Source: an uncultured delta proteobacterium (GTDB taxonomy: Bacteria; Desulfobacterota; Desulfobacteria; Desulfobacterales; JAFDCJ01). From it: DNA of 64,000 nt. The stretch lies in NCBI GenBank assembly GCA_963769935.1, contig CAVYNY010000010.1:544001-608000 (forward strand), in the 5' to 3' direction. Below are positions 43,501-53,159 of the stretch, piece by piece (position 1 is the first letter of the stretch; each line of letters begins with the position of its first letter). Under the pieces are notes generated by a model. That model was given only the letters and a program-made list of their open reading frames with translations, had not been told where the DNA came from and did no database searches. A program made the position numbers and the translations under genes.

Positions 43501-43707
43501 TTCCGTGACCATAAGGGCCGGTGATAAACCGAATTTAAGACCCACCTCGCCGCCCAGCGTCAATTCCCGGCCGGTGCGTTCTGCGACCATCCGCTCGATC
43601 CGCGGCTTGAGCTTGGCGTAGTCGTAGGTGCTCAAAACCAGATAGGCCGCTGCCGCCAAAGCGACAATTAAAGCGGCCCCGACCAATGCAATCCATTTCC
43701 AACGCAT
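40507..43707 (-). CDS. AsmA-family protein with internal 72-aa tandem repeats
   Basis: N-terminal TM + KPRIERMVAERTGRELTLGG..LANAPWA..LLPLL; C-terminal CAVVQFDI..GEGDINLGTE..VSGPITDP. Confidence 0.88.
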   Translation of the reverse strand: MRWKWIALVGAALIVALAAAAYLVLSTYDYAKLKPRIERMVAERTGRELTLGGEVGLKFGLSPALMVTEVALANAPWASDPQMITARRIEAKVRLLPLLFGDVELKYLTLSGVDVVLVMNAAGQRNWQFTASAGSASPSGPPTRLHIAVEDIRVENLKLTYRDEKAAHTTRFNLAGLEIARRADPDFLALKLQADYNGQPVALSGRIGRLQRIVSGEQFPLELAGRFLSATVNLAGSIGEVRALQGLDLKFRVAGKSLQELGRGIGAELPQTDAFDLSGHLAGSGRFPMLENISGTVSAGEAALAVSGRVGNLMALQDMDLQLKGSGKDLAQVGAMVGQKLPPTDEFSLEGRLTGSAKALSLQDVRGQARRSSLNLAAEGAIGDLLVFQGVDLQLKGTGKDLAQVGEIVGQKLPPTDEFALQGRLTGSAKALSLQNFQGRAHRGSLNLTAEGAIGDLAAFRQVDLRLKGTGHDLAQAESIIGQKLLSTDEFELAGRLTGSGRALALHDIRGRARRGSLNLTVEGAIEDLPAFRYVDLWLRGTGKDLAQAESIIAQKLPSTDEFVLEGRLTGSGRALSLHDIMGQALRGDLNLTVTGKIGDLRAFRHVDLRLKGAGKDLAQAETIVGQKLPPTDAFSLQGRLAGSAGALSLQEVRGEARRGSLSLEATGTIKDLPALEGMDLRLKAGGKELAEIGPLVGANLPELGPFDFSGHLSGSARSFSLADLTAVVDKSDFNGLAKVEFRERPKITLRLESSLLDMTALLKNLRQDEKEPGREPGRLEGRLFSDDPLPLNILKQVDADISLNAKNVRARDANFEFGRLMLTVENGDLNVETLQATYQQTRISGNFHLYPESPARVAAKFLVQDFDLGGLLRGLRISQQVRSHLDIAVDVNSRGGSLHDLMAGLDGSVGAVMGKGYLTHYLDLISLGLTRKVIHFWGSHHEGGEIKCAVVQFDISSGIAASQAFVFDTEAGVLTGEGDINLGTEQVDFLLVPEPRFPSLMDFWTKLRVSGPITDPKVRPDMFSLLSKGAKALSALVIGPLGLLAPFVNLGAYKAHPCNIHSIGQ
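41680..42770 (-). repeat. Five closely similar 216-bp coding tandem repeats, with a diverged unit on each side
   Basis: GCAGCTT(C/T)TG anchors at about 41820, 42036, 42252, 42468 and 42684. Confidence 0.9.
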
Positions 43708-43876
43708 GGCACACTTTACCTTTGCCGGCAGTTTTTTTGCTGCGGCGTTTCTTAATGTAAGGGTCTAATCTTCCTCAATAAACGGAAATTGGAAAAAGTA
43801 ACCGCTGTGGCTCAGCAAATTTATCACAAAAACCGCAAAAATTTACCCCCCAACGATACCAAGACGAGTAAACCAT

Positions 43877-43893
43877 AGCGAAATATGTGCCAA
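43877..43893 (-). promoter_or_regulatory. Sigma-54 (-24/-12) promoter upstream of asmA
   Basis: Minus strand TTGGCACATATTTCGCT, GG-N10-GC. Confidence 0.8.
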
Positions 43894-43990
43894 TCTGGCA
43901 ACAACTGATTGAAGGCGACATAAGGTGCCTTGGTAGCTGGGTTTATTCTCAGATGGAATGGGAAAAGCCGGCTTAAGAAATGCGGTGATA

Positions 43991-44025
43991 TGCCGATATT
44001 TCGGCAGAACGCCCGTATTACAGCA
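43991..44025. promoter_or_regulatory. Tandem upstream activator sites
   Basis: TGCCGATATTTCGGCA (43991-44006; identical to 27632-27647) and degenerate CGCCCGTATTACAGCA (44010-44025). Confidence 0.7.
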
Positions 44026-46704
44026 TCACTTGGCGGGGCGCCGGATGCCCAGTTTTTTTATCTTCGACTGCAGGGTGGTGCGCTTGAGACCCAGAATCTC
44101 CGCGGCACCGCCCTGTCCTGTAAGGCGCCAGCCGCTTTTCTCCAGAACGCCCAGGATGTGCCGGCGTTCGGCATCCGCCAGGCTGAGATTCGCGGGGATA
44201 TCGGAAGACGCCGTCCGGGGTGCGCTGACGTCCAGGGATTTGCCGCTGCTCACAATCATGGCGTGCTCGACGACATTTCGCAGCTCCCGGGCGTTGCCCG
44301 GCCAGAGGTAATGCTGCAGGTCTTCCATGCTTTTGCGCGGGATGTGGTCGATGCGCTTGCCCATCTTTTTTTCATACTGCCTGACAAAGGCCCAGACCAG
44401 CAGGGGAATATCCTCCGGCCGTTCCCGCAGCGGCGGCACGGCTATGGGAAACACATTCAACCGGTAATACAGGTCCTTTCTGAATTTTGCTTCGGCCACA
44501 TCGCGGGCCAGATCCCGGTTGGTGGCCGCGATGATGCGCACGTTCACCTGCAGCGGCTTGGTGGATCCCAGACGCTCGAACCGGCCTTGTTCCAGCACCC
44601 GCAGCAGCTTGGCCTGCACATCCTGCGGCAGATCCCCGATCTCGTCCAGAAACAGCGTGGCCCCGTCGGCCACCTCGAAACGGCCCGTCATCCGGGTCAG
44701 CGCACCGGTATAAGCACCTTTTTCACGGCCGAAAAGCTCGCTTTCGATCAGCGTGGGCGGCAGCGAGGCACAGTTGACGGTCACCAGGGACCGGTCCTTG
44801 CGGGCGCTCAGTCGATGCACGGCCCGGGCCAGAAGCTCCTTGCCGGTGCCCGTTTCCCCCTCGATCAGGACGGTGGTATCCGTCCGGGCCACCTGCTCGA
44901 CCTGGGCCAGAATCGCCTTCAGGGCACGGCTGCGGCCGACAATCTCCTCGTGCACATTCTGCAGCTCGATCTCTTCCCGCAGGTAGATGTTCTCCTTTTC
45001 CAGCTGCCGCTTGAGGCCTTCGATCTCCTCGAGTCTCACCTGCAGCTGTTCTTCCATCTGCTTGCGCTCGGAGATATCAATGGATACACCCATCAGGCGT
45101 TCCGACTCCCCTGACGGACTAAAATAGGGACGGCCGCGACCGGCCATCCACCTGATAGTACCGTCGGGGCGGATGATGCGGTATTCCTCTCGAAAATCAG
45201 CCCGCGTCCGTTTGCACTCTTCTACGCTCCTGCGAATCCGAGCGCGGTCTTCCGGATCGACGATTTGCATGAAACCCTCGAAATTCAGCTCCTGCCCCGG
45301 GGCAAATCCATATAATTCCCTGGTTTTTTCGGTGCCCCAAATACGTCCGTTGGAAGTTTCTAAATTCCACAGGCCGGCTTCCGCAGAAGTGGCGGCCAGA
45401 TTTAGGCGCGCCTCGCTTTCGCGCAACGCTTCCTCCGAGCGCTTGCGATCGAGCGCGGCGGCAAATACGGCCACGATGAGACTCATCCGCTGTACCAAAT
45501 CCACCGGCCAGATCCGCTCCGCACGCACCGCCACTAGTGCGCAGGATCCCAGCGTCCTGCCTCCACTTAACATGGGAATTGAAAGCAACGATTTCATGCC
45601 CTTGACCCGACAAAGGCGCCGCTCCCCTTCGGCTTCAGCCGGCAGGTCTTCCAGCCGATCGACCACCACCAAATTACCTTGCCGTAATTGCGCGATGTAC
45701 CATGGCAATTGATGCTGCGAAAGGAAAACAGGCGCGGGCTCGATCCCTTCCAGATGATATTCAAATGCGCTTTGCAACCGAGCCCCGTCTTCGGTAAATA
45801 TTCCTATGGAACACCGGTCCGCATCGAAAAATTCGGTGATGCGCTGGAGCCACTTATTGATTTCGCCTTCGACTTTATCGGTCGAAATGTTCACAAATCC
45901 GGCCGAAAGATCGGATATTAACTCCTCAAACCGCAGTCGATCCGCCGACTGCTGCCGTGTCTGGGCAAGCTGCAGGGTGTTTACAAGGATCTCTCCCAGC
46001 AGGCGCAGCCGCGGAATATAATCTTCAGGCCAGGCACATTCTTTACGGACCGCATTTATGGAAATGATGTAATCCAATGAGGCACCGACGGTGATCGGGA
46101 TGTTCAGAGCGGATCGAATTTCCAATCTCTCGTATGTTTGCCGGTCGACCGCGGCCTCGCCCGGCAGCTCATCGCGTGTGGTGAAGGAGACGACTTCATG
46201 CCGCTGAATAATTTTCTCGTAGACCCAGGGAAACAACATGAGGGAAAGGTCGGCATTTTCCGGTACGGGGGAAACCTCAGAGGCATACGCGACATGGGTG
46301 ATCCGAAATGAAGTATCGATCGGTGAAATCCGGACCAGGCCGCAGCGGTCCACCTGGAAAAAATCGAGTATCTGCGTCAGGGCACTTCGAATTTGGTGAT
46401 CGACCTGGTCAGGAGCCAAGTTGATAAATCGGGCCGAAAGGTCTGACAACAGCCGCTCAAATTGCAGGCGTTCTTTGAGGCCCACCTCGGCCAGTTTGCG
46501 CTGTTCGATTTCCCGATTCAGGCGTTCGCGGACGGCAGCCAATTGCTCTTTTGCTCCGGCCGAATCCACCGCCAGTGCTTTTACGGGCCGGGCCGGGCCC
46601 GCGTGCGACCGCAGCAGAGCTTCCCCGGCCCGCCGGCTGTCTGCATTTTTCTGCGCATATTGCCGGCGATTGGTTTTTGCATTTTCCAGTCGGTCGTTGA
46701 CCAT
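44026..46704 (-). CDS. Sigma-54-dependent enhancer-binding protein (GAF-GAF-PAS-AAA+-HTH, FhlA-like)
   Basis: [65 protein letters not shown]. Confidence 0.92.
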   Translation of the reverse strand: MVNDRLENAKTNRRQYAQKNADSRRAGEALLRSHAGPARPVKALAVDSAGAKEQLAAVRERLNREIEQRKLAEVGLKERLQFERLLSDLSARFINLAPDQVDHQIRSALTQILDFFQVDRCGLVRISPIDTSFRITHVAYASEVSPVPENADLSLMLFPWVYEKIIQRHEVVSFTTRDELPGEAAVDRQTYERLEIRSALNIPITVGASLDYIISINAVRKECAWPEDYIPRLRLLGEILVNTLQLAQTRQQSADRLRFEELISDLSAGFVNISTDKVEGEINKWLQRITEFFDADRCSIGIFTEDGARLQSAFEYHLEGIEPAPVFLSQHQLPWYIAQLRQGNLVVVDRLEDLPAEAEGERRLCRVKGMKSLLSIPMLSGGRTLGSCALVAVRAERIWPVDLVQRMSLIVAVFAAALDRKRSEEALRESEARLNLAATSAEAGLWNLETSNGRIWGTEKTRELYGFAPGQELNFEGFMQIVDPEDRARIRRSVEECKRTRADFREEYRIIRPDGTIRWMAGRGRPYFSPSGESERLMGVSIDISERKQMEEQLQVRLEEIEGLKRQLEKENIYLREEIELQNVHEEIVGRSRALKAILAQVEQVARTDTTVLIEGETGTGKELLARAVHRLSARKDRSLVTVNCASLPPTLIESELFGREKGAYTGALTRMTGRFEVADGATLFLDEIGDLPQDVQAKLLRVLEQGRFERLGSTKPLQVNVRIIAATNRDLARDVAEAKFRKDLYYRLNVFPIAVPPLRERPEDIPLLVWAFVRQYEKKMGKRIDHIPRKSMEDLQHYLWPGNARELRNVVEHAMIVSSGKSLDVSAPRTASSDIPANLSLADAERRHILGVLEKSGWRLTGQGGAAEILGLKRTTLQSKIKKLGIRRPAK

Positions 46705-46931
46705 CCGAAGCCTCCTTGAGCTTCTGCCGCTGCCCCCGTCAGCTTGTCAAATTCCCGCATACGTGAAATTGATCGCCGACTTCGGTTCAGGTTTTCTCGA
46801 ATCCAATCTATATGTGGATTCAAAACCTCAGATCAGGGGTTTTGAAACCACTTCCAGCCAATAACGACCATTAACTACACCCAAAGTTGATCTATTGTCA
46901 AAGCCAATTTATTGTCAATTCCATGCGTTAC

Positions 46932-47576
46932 CTATTCGGGTGATGACGTTTTGTAAGGCCAGGAGCAAAATTTATTTAAAGGACATGCCGGGCATTTTGG
47001 TTTGCGGGCCGTACAGGTTTCGCGTCCGAAAAAAATAAGCCTCAACGAAAAATCACGCCACTCCCGTTTCGGTATGATTTTCATCAAATCGAACTCGATT
47101 TTCACCGGATCTTTGTTGTCTGTCAGGCCCAACCGCTGCGCAATTCGACCGACGTGAGTATCCACCACGATTCCAGGGGTCTCGAAAACTGCTCCCAGAA
47201 CAACATTGGCGGTCTTGCGCCCGACCCCGGGGAGATTGGTCAGTTCCTCCAAAGTGCCCGGCACCATGCCTTTATGGACAGCCAATAACGCTTGGCTGCA
47301 ATTTTTGATATTTTTGGCTTTGTTGTGAAAGAAACCCGTCGGACGGATTAGCTGCTCGATGGCATTCAACGGCGCTCCGGCAAAATCAGAAGGCGTTTTC
47401 AGGTGCTTAAACAGTTCGCCGGTAACCCGATTGACCTGATTGTCGGTACACTGCGCCGACAGGATGACGGCCACCAGCAGCTGAAAGGGCGTTTCGTAAT
47501 TCAGCGGGGTTTTGACTTCCGGGTAGCGTTCTCTAAGAATTTTGCGGATTCGATCAACGCGGTTTTTAAAGTTCAT
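46932..47576 (-). CDS. nth: Endonuclease III
   Basis: LSAQCTD, LPGVGRKTANVV, VDTHV, CTARKPKCPACPLNKFC. Confidence 0.95.
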   Translation of the reverse strand: MNFKNRVDRIRKILRERYPEVKTPLNYETPFQLLVAVILSAQCTDNQVNRVTGELFKHLKTPSDFAGAPLNAIEQLIRPTGFFHNKAKNIKNCSQALLAVHKGMVPGTLEELTNLPGVGRKTANVVLGAVFETPGIVVDTHVGRIAQRLGLTDNKDPVKIEFDLMKIIPKREWRDFSLRLIFFGRETCTARKPKCPACPLNKFCSWPYKTSSPE

Positions 47577-47830
47577 GCTTCTGTCCGTTGTCGGTTGTCA
47601 GTTGCAAAAGTAAGATCGCTGGTCTATTTTATGAATCATGATTCTACGAATTGCAAATTGACGATGCATCAGTAGTTTTTTAATTTAGGAACACAGCATA
47701 TAGGACGCAATTCCGTTGATCGTCAAGGTTTAATGATTTTTCCCACAAGTTACTGACAACGGACAACAAACAACAGACAGCGCGTGAACAGCACCTTTAA
47801 ACATAACATCAAAAAGGCAAAAGACGACGT

Positions 47831-48829
47831 ATGAATACCAATAAACAAAAAGCACGCGCTTTAGGCCTAAGCTCCGGCGGCCTGGATAGTATGTTGGCGG
47901 GGCTGGTACTGCGCGAGCAGGGAATTGAAGTCGAATGGGTGACGTTTGAAACCCCATTTTTCAATGCCGCCAAAGCCCGCAAGGCATCCCGGATGACGGG
48001 CATCCCCTTGACCGTCAAACCCATATATCCCGTGTATATCGAAATGCTGAAAAATCCGCCGGCCGGATACGGCAAATACATGAACCCCTGCATGGACTGC
48101 CACGCCCTGATGTTCAAGCTGGCCGGAGAAATCATGCGCGCCAGAGAATTTGATTTTCTCTTCAGCGGCGAGGTGCTCGGCCAGCGGCCGATGTCCCAGA
48201 ATAAAACATCGCTGCGCTATGTGGAAAAACATTCCGGTTTTGACGGCTACATCCTGCGCCCGCTGACTGCGAAAAATTTGCCGGAAACCATTCCGGAAAA
48301 AGGGGGGCTGGTAGATCGGGAACTGCTCCTGGACATCGCCGGCCGCAGTCGCAAAGCTCAGATCAAACTGGCCGAAAAATTCGGAATCAAGGATTATCCC
48401 GCCCCCGCCGGGGGCTGTCTGCTCACCGACGTCGGTTATACCAAACGCTTAAGGGACCTGTTCGATCACCAGGACAATTGCACCGAAGAAGAGCTGCATC
48501 TTTTAAAATACGGCCGGCACTACCGCTTGAATCCGCAGACCAAATTGATCGTGGGCCGCACTGAGAAAGACAACGAGAATATCCTCAAATACCACGACCC
48601 GCAGATCGATACGGTGATCGATGTCAAGGATTATCCCGGTCCGATAGGCCTGGTGCCGCATGGCGCCGGCAAGGAATCCACTCTTCTGGCCGCCTCCATC
48701 TGCACCGGCTACAGCAAAGCGCCGAAGCTGGCGCCAGTGGAAGTGCTGGTAAACACCGCCAAAAAACAGGAAACCATCAAGGTTATCGCCCTCCAGCCGG
48801 AGGATGTCCGCAAGTTGATGATCCAATAG
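47831..48829 (+). CDS. PP-loop tRNA sulfurtransferase-like protein (ThiI/MnmA-related, DUF814-type C-terminus)
   Basis: SSGGLDS, NPCMDC, GEVLGQRPMSQ, PAGGCLLTD, LIVGR..DN. Confidence 0.8.
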   Translation: MNTNKQKARALGLSSGGLDSMLAGLVLREQGIEVEWVTFETPFFNAAKARKASRMTGIPLTVKPIYPVYIEMLKNPPAGYGKYMNPCMDCHALMFKLAGEIMRAREFDFLFSGEVLGQRPMSQNKTSLRYVEKHSGFDGYILRPLTAKNLPETIPEKGGLVDRELLLDIAGRSRKAQIKLAEKFGIKDYPAPAGGCLLTDVGYTKRLRDLFDHQDNCTEEELHLLKYGRHYRLNPQTKLIVGRTEKDNENILKYHDPQIDTVIDVKDYPGPIGLVPHGAGKESTLLAASICTGYSKAPKLAPVEVLVNTAKKQETIKVIALQPEDVRKLMIQ

Positions 48830-49093
48830 GAACAGAGGACGCAAGGCTGAGGGCAAATGCTGAGAAGCTGAGAAGATCAGAAAATCAGAAGAGCAGAAGT
48901 TGGGATGACGGAAAGTTGGCAAGACGGTAAGTGGGAAATACGGTAACCCAATCCGGCTAGCCACATCAAGCAGCCGGCACCCGGCAACAGTGCTGACACC
49001 TGAGACCTTTGGTTTCCGCCTTTACGCTTTGCCCTATGGGTTGTTCTTCTGCCTCTGAAAGTCTTTCCTCTGTTTTCTGCTCTCTGACTTCTG

Positions 49094-50212
49094 TCATCTG
49101 TCTTCCGTCCTCTGTTTCGGCAGCAGGCGGCAGTGAACGGGATCTACCTGAATCGCAACTGCTTCTCCGCGCTGGAAGGATTGGGATACGACCAGATTTA
49201 TCACATGCATCATGGTGCCGTTTTCCAGTTCCACAAAGTAGCTGATCTCCCCGCCCATGTAACTTCGATTTTTAACGGTGCCGCAAAAGTGGTTGATACC
49301 TGAATTGAGCGCCGCTTGGGCCCGGGGCTTAATTTTAAATTTTTGCGCCCGCACCACAACCTCCACGCGGTCTCCCGGAGACCAGTCGCCGGTGGATGGA
49401 TTGGCCAAAAACTCATGTCCATCGTCGAGTTTGACTCTGACCCAATCCCCTTCCCGGCCCATCACCGTGCCTTCGGCGAAATTGGAATGCCCCAGAAAGT
49501 CGGCCACAAAATGACTGGAGGAGTTGTTGTACACTTCCTCGGGAGTTCCCTCCTGCAGTTTCTGACCGGCCTTCATCACCACAACCTTATCCGACATAGA
49601 CAGGGCTTCGCGCTGATCATGGGTTACAAAGATGGTCGTCACCCCTATCAGCTGCTGCAGATTGCCGACTTCAACCCGCATCTCTTCCCGCAGATTTTCA
49701 TCAAGGGCGGAAAGGGGTTCATCCATAAGCAGAACATCCGGTTCAATGACGATGGCCCGCGCCATAGCAATGCGCTGCTGCTGCCCGCCCGAGAGCTGAG
49801 AGGGGAAACGATTCCCCACACCCGGCAGGCGAACCATTTCAAGGGCCTTTTCGACCTTTTGCCGGATCCGGGCTTTGGGAACATGGCGGTATTTAAGACC
49901 GAAAGCGACATTGTCGAAAATGCTTTTATGCGGGAAAAGGGCATAATTTTGAAAAATCATCCCCAGGTTGCGCTGGTGGATCGGCACATCGTTCACCCGT
50001 TTGCCCTTGATGAAAATTTGTCCCTCCGTTGGCTCTTCCAGGCCCGCCACGATGCGCAAAAGGGTTGTCTTGCCGCAACCGGAAGGCCCCAGAAGGGTCA
50101 CCAGCGACCCCTCCTCGATTTCCAGATCCATTTTCTCAACCGCGACTACCTTGTCGAAGCGCTTGACCACCCCCTCTAATTGTACCGCCGGTCGAGCCGC
50201 ATCTTTTTCCAT
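49094..50212 (-). CDS. PotA-family ABC ATPase
   Basis: GPSGCGKT, FQNYALFPH, LSGGQQQR, MDEPLSALD, TOBE-like C-terminus. Confidence 0.9.
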   Translation of the reverse strand: MEKDAARPAVQLEGVVKRFDKVVAVEKMDLEIEEGSLVTLLGPSGCGKTTLLRIVAGLEEPTEGQIFIKGKRVNDVPIHQRNLGMIFQNYALFPHKSIFDNVAFGLKYRHVPKARIRQKVEKALEMVRLPGVGNRFPSQLSGGQQQRIAMARAIVIEPDVLLMDEPLSALDENLREEMRVEVGNLQQLIGVTTIFVTHDQREALSMSDKVVVMKAGQKLQEGTPEEVYNNSSSHFVADFLGHSNFAEGTVMGREGDWVRVKLDDGHEFLANPSTGDWSPGDRVEVVVRAQKFKIKPRAQAALNSGINHFCGTVKNRSYMGGEISYFVELENGTMMHVINLVVSQSFQRGEAVAIQVDPVHCRLLPKQRTEDR

Positions 50213-50319
50213 TGGGATATCCTCGTTTACGTATTGGGTTGCAAGCCGGGCGCCGCTATGGTTTCAGGTGTCAGTGTTCAGGTTTCAGCAAGAAATCATC
50301 CTGGTGACAACTCAACTTA

Positions 50320-50750
50320 CCGCAAAGATCGCGGAGATTAAGAAAAATTGAATGAGAGTCCCCTCAGCGTTCCTTTGCGAACTCGGCGGTGAAATATTAA
50401 GTTTTATCTTTCGATCAAACCGGCCGTTGTTTTAGCCGGCGGCTGTGCTGACACCTCGTGTGAAACTACATTTAGTTTCTTCCACGATCAGACTGGACGC
50501 TCGCGGCCAGAGGCGGCGCTCATATGAAACTTCCTTAAATTCGATGCCATTTTTACAAAGGGCCTCACCGCTGAGAGCGCAGAGATCGCGGAGATTAATT
50601 ATAATTTTCTTTCTCGGCGTTCTCCCACCGGGGCGTAGGCCCTATGGGCCAGAGGCTGCGAGCTCTGCGGTGAACTATTATGTTTCTTTTTCGATCAGAC
50701 CGGCCGCTTTCAGGCCGGCGGTCCGCCTGGGCAAAACACCTGAAACCCGA
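50320..50750. repeat. Cluster of palindromic/REP-like intergenic repeats with nested insertions
   Basis: Two CACCGC..CGCGGAG / CTC(T/G)GCGGTGAA inverted pairs, three GATCA(G/A)AC-family copies and a 32-bp insert at 50624-50655. Confidence 0.75.
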
Positions 50751-50814
50751 ACAAATGGCTTTATAGCATATCGGAATCTCCGTTACGCTAAGGCCGGATT
50801 GTCCGAATCAGGCA

Positions 50815-51975
50815 TCAACCGCCGGCCCTGAGGCGATCCCATTGTTCAGCCCATTCCACTTCGTGGGAGTTCCAATATTGCGGATTGGCAAACAGGAAAC
50901 CCTCTAGCTTGCCGCTTGGATCAAAAGCAGGCAGTTTTTGAACCGCCTCCGGCATCGGCACTTTCGTCGGATCGAGGCTGGATGGATATTTCTGCCCTTC
51001 AGCAACGGCAATGGCGGCTGCGGGGGCCAGCATAAAATTCAGCAGCTGCTCAGCCACATCAAGATCAGTGCCCTTGATTACGAAAATACACTCCTGCCAC
51101 GAGTAGCAGTTGTGCGGTGACAGAAACCCGATCGGATGCCCCTGGGCCTGCAGGGCAGCCACCCGGCCCGACCAGGCGGTCGTGGCATAAATCTCTTCGT
51201 TGGCCAGCAGGCTCATGAGCTCCGCACCGGAGCCCCAGTATTTTTTCATCAGGTCCCGCTGTACTCTAAGGGCTTGCCACACGGCCTTCAAGTCTGAAAT
51301 CTCGTTCGGGTTCTGGCCGGTATGCAGGGCGGCGTACCAGATATTGGTCCGCCAATCATTGAAACTGCCCAGCTTGCCCTTGAGATCTTTGTCCCACAGC
51401 AGGGAAGCACCTGACTTTTCAGCCTTGTCCTTGGTTACGTGCTTGGTGTTGTAAGCGATGCCGGTCTGGCCGTAGTCATAAGGAACCGCCGAGAGTTTGC
51501 CGTTGGTAATGGCGCGATAAGGCTCCATCATGGCCGACATCACATTGTCGAGGTTCGGGATTTTGCTTTCGTCAAGGTCGACGTTATAACCCAAGCCGAC
51601 GTAGCGTGCGTAGTCAAACACACCACTCAGGTGGGCGAGGTTGAACTCGCCGCCCGGTGGAAATGACGCCTTGACCCGGGTCAGGTAAGTGTCCATATCG
51701 CCGAATTCGCCTTCAACAACCTGGATGCCGGTGGCTTTGGTAAACGGCTCGAAAGCATATTTTCGAAAAGCTTCCGAAACGACACCTCCCCAACCGTCAA
51801 AGCGGATCGACTTGGCCGCCCATGCGCGTTTGGCCAGCATACCAAAGGGACCGCCCACCAGCCCGGCAGCAGCGCCGGCCATACTCAGATATTTGATGAA
51901 ATCCCGACGGCTCAGGTCCCCCTTCATGTAACGTTCATTTACTGCCTTTAGATTTTTTTCCAGATTCTTTTTCAC
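50815..51975 (-). CDS. PotD/PotF-family substrate-binding protein with Tat signal
   Basis: SRRDFIK, GWGG, VPYDYGQTGIAYN, AWSGR, LNFML. Confidence 0.85.
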   Translation of the reverse strand: MKKNLEKNLKAVNERYMKGDLSRRDFIKYLSMAGAAAGLVGGPFGMLAKRAWAAKSIRFDGWGGVVSEAFRKYAFEPFTKATGIQVVEGEFGDMDTYLTRVKASFPPGGEFNLAHLSGVFDYARYVGLGYNVDLDESKIPNLDNVMSAMMEPYRAITNGKLSAVPYDYGQTGIAYNTKHVTKDKAEKSGASLLWDKDLKGKLGSFNDWRTNIWYAALHTGQNPNEISDLKAVWQALRVQRDLMKKYWGSGAELMSLLANEEIYATTAWSGRVAALQAQGHPIGFLSPHNCYSWQECIFVIKGTDLDVAEQLLNFMLAPAAAIAVAEGQKYPSSLDPTKVPMPEAVQKLPAFDPSGKLEGFLFANPQYWNSHEVEWAEQWDRLRAGG

Positions 51976-52357
51976 TTGCGACCTCCTTTTTTTTTAAAGG
52001 GTTAAGTGTTATTGTGGCTTCTGCGTTTCCCAATGCTCCGGTCTTCGAGTAATTAGTAGTTAAAAGAAAACCCACCCATAAGGTTATGTTGGGTTTCGCC
52101 CTTGGGAATCCATATCGGCCCAAGACGGCGATATGCGTAAGTTGGGTTGATCCGACGAAGGCGGACAACATAATCGGTCGGGCTCAACCCAACCTACCCG
52201 AGAACAGGATATTTCGTTCAGCACGAATTATACATCCCCTTCTGAATTACTTCCAAAGCTCCAACACTCCAATACTCCATTACTCCAACACTATGTTGGC
52301 ACCCTGTTGTCGCTGCCCCCACCGATCGTGATCTTCGACGGTCCCAGAAGACAAAAC

Positions 52358-53149
52358 TCAGGACCCCCTGGAAAACCTGCGGGCCAAGTACCCGGCCAGC
52401 AGAGGGATTGAAATCGTCAGAACGATCATTACGGTGCCCAAAGCGTTTATTTCAGGGCTGACGGAATTGCGCAGCATGCCGAAAATCTTGACCGGAACCG
52501 TCTGCATCGAGGCCGTGGCCCAGAACAGGGTGGCGGTAACATCATCAAAGGAAATTGTAAAAGAAAAGAGCATGCCCGCCAGTATCGCCGGCGTCAAAAG
52601 CGGCAGCGTTATTTCTTTGAAGGTCTGCAGCGGGCCGGCGCCGAGCGACAGGGCCGCCTCTTCATATTCTCTTTTGATACCCACCAATCTTGCCTGAACC
52701 ACCAGAAGGACATAGGGCAGGGTGATGACCACATGTCCGATCAGGAGCAGTACAAAGCTCTTGGGCAGCTGCATCCAGCGGATAAACAGCAGCAGAGCCA
52801 CCCCCAGGATAACTTCCGGGATCATGATCGGCGCCAGCAGCAGGGTGTTCAGTGTATTTTTTCCCGGAAACTCATACCGGATAAAGGCCATGGCCGCCGG
52901 AATCCCAATCGCCGTGACCAGAATTGACGTGATGGATCCCAGTATCAGCGAATTTTTGAATGCCAGCAGAATCGGTTCATTCCGGGCCAGCTTTAAATAC
53001 CATTTGAAACTGAAGCCTTTCATCGGAAAAGAGCCGAATTGTTCCGGGTTGAAAGAAAGAATAACCACCGCCACGATGGGGGCGAACATGAAAACATAAA
53101 CCAGGATCGTATACAGGCGAATTAAAGACCAGCCGGATATTTTTGGCAT
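52358..53149 (-). CDS. PotC-family ABC permease
   Basis: GFSFKWY, PIMIPEVI, EEAALSLGA, FTISFDD, PEINA. Confidence 0.9.
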   Translation of the reverse strand: MPKISGWSLIRLYTILVYVFMFAPIVAVVILSFNPEQFGSFPMKGFSFKWYLKLARNEPILLAFKNSLILGSITSILVTAIGIPAAMAFIRYEFPGKNTLNTLLLAPIMIPEVILGVALLLFIRWMQLPKSFVLLLIGHVVITLPYVLLVVQARLVGIKREYEEAALSLGAGPLQTFKEITLPLLTPAILAGMLFSFTISFDDVTATLFWATASMQTVPVKIFGMLRNSVSPEINALGTVMIVLTISIPLLAGYLARRFSRGS

Positions 53150-53159
53150 GCAAATAAGC

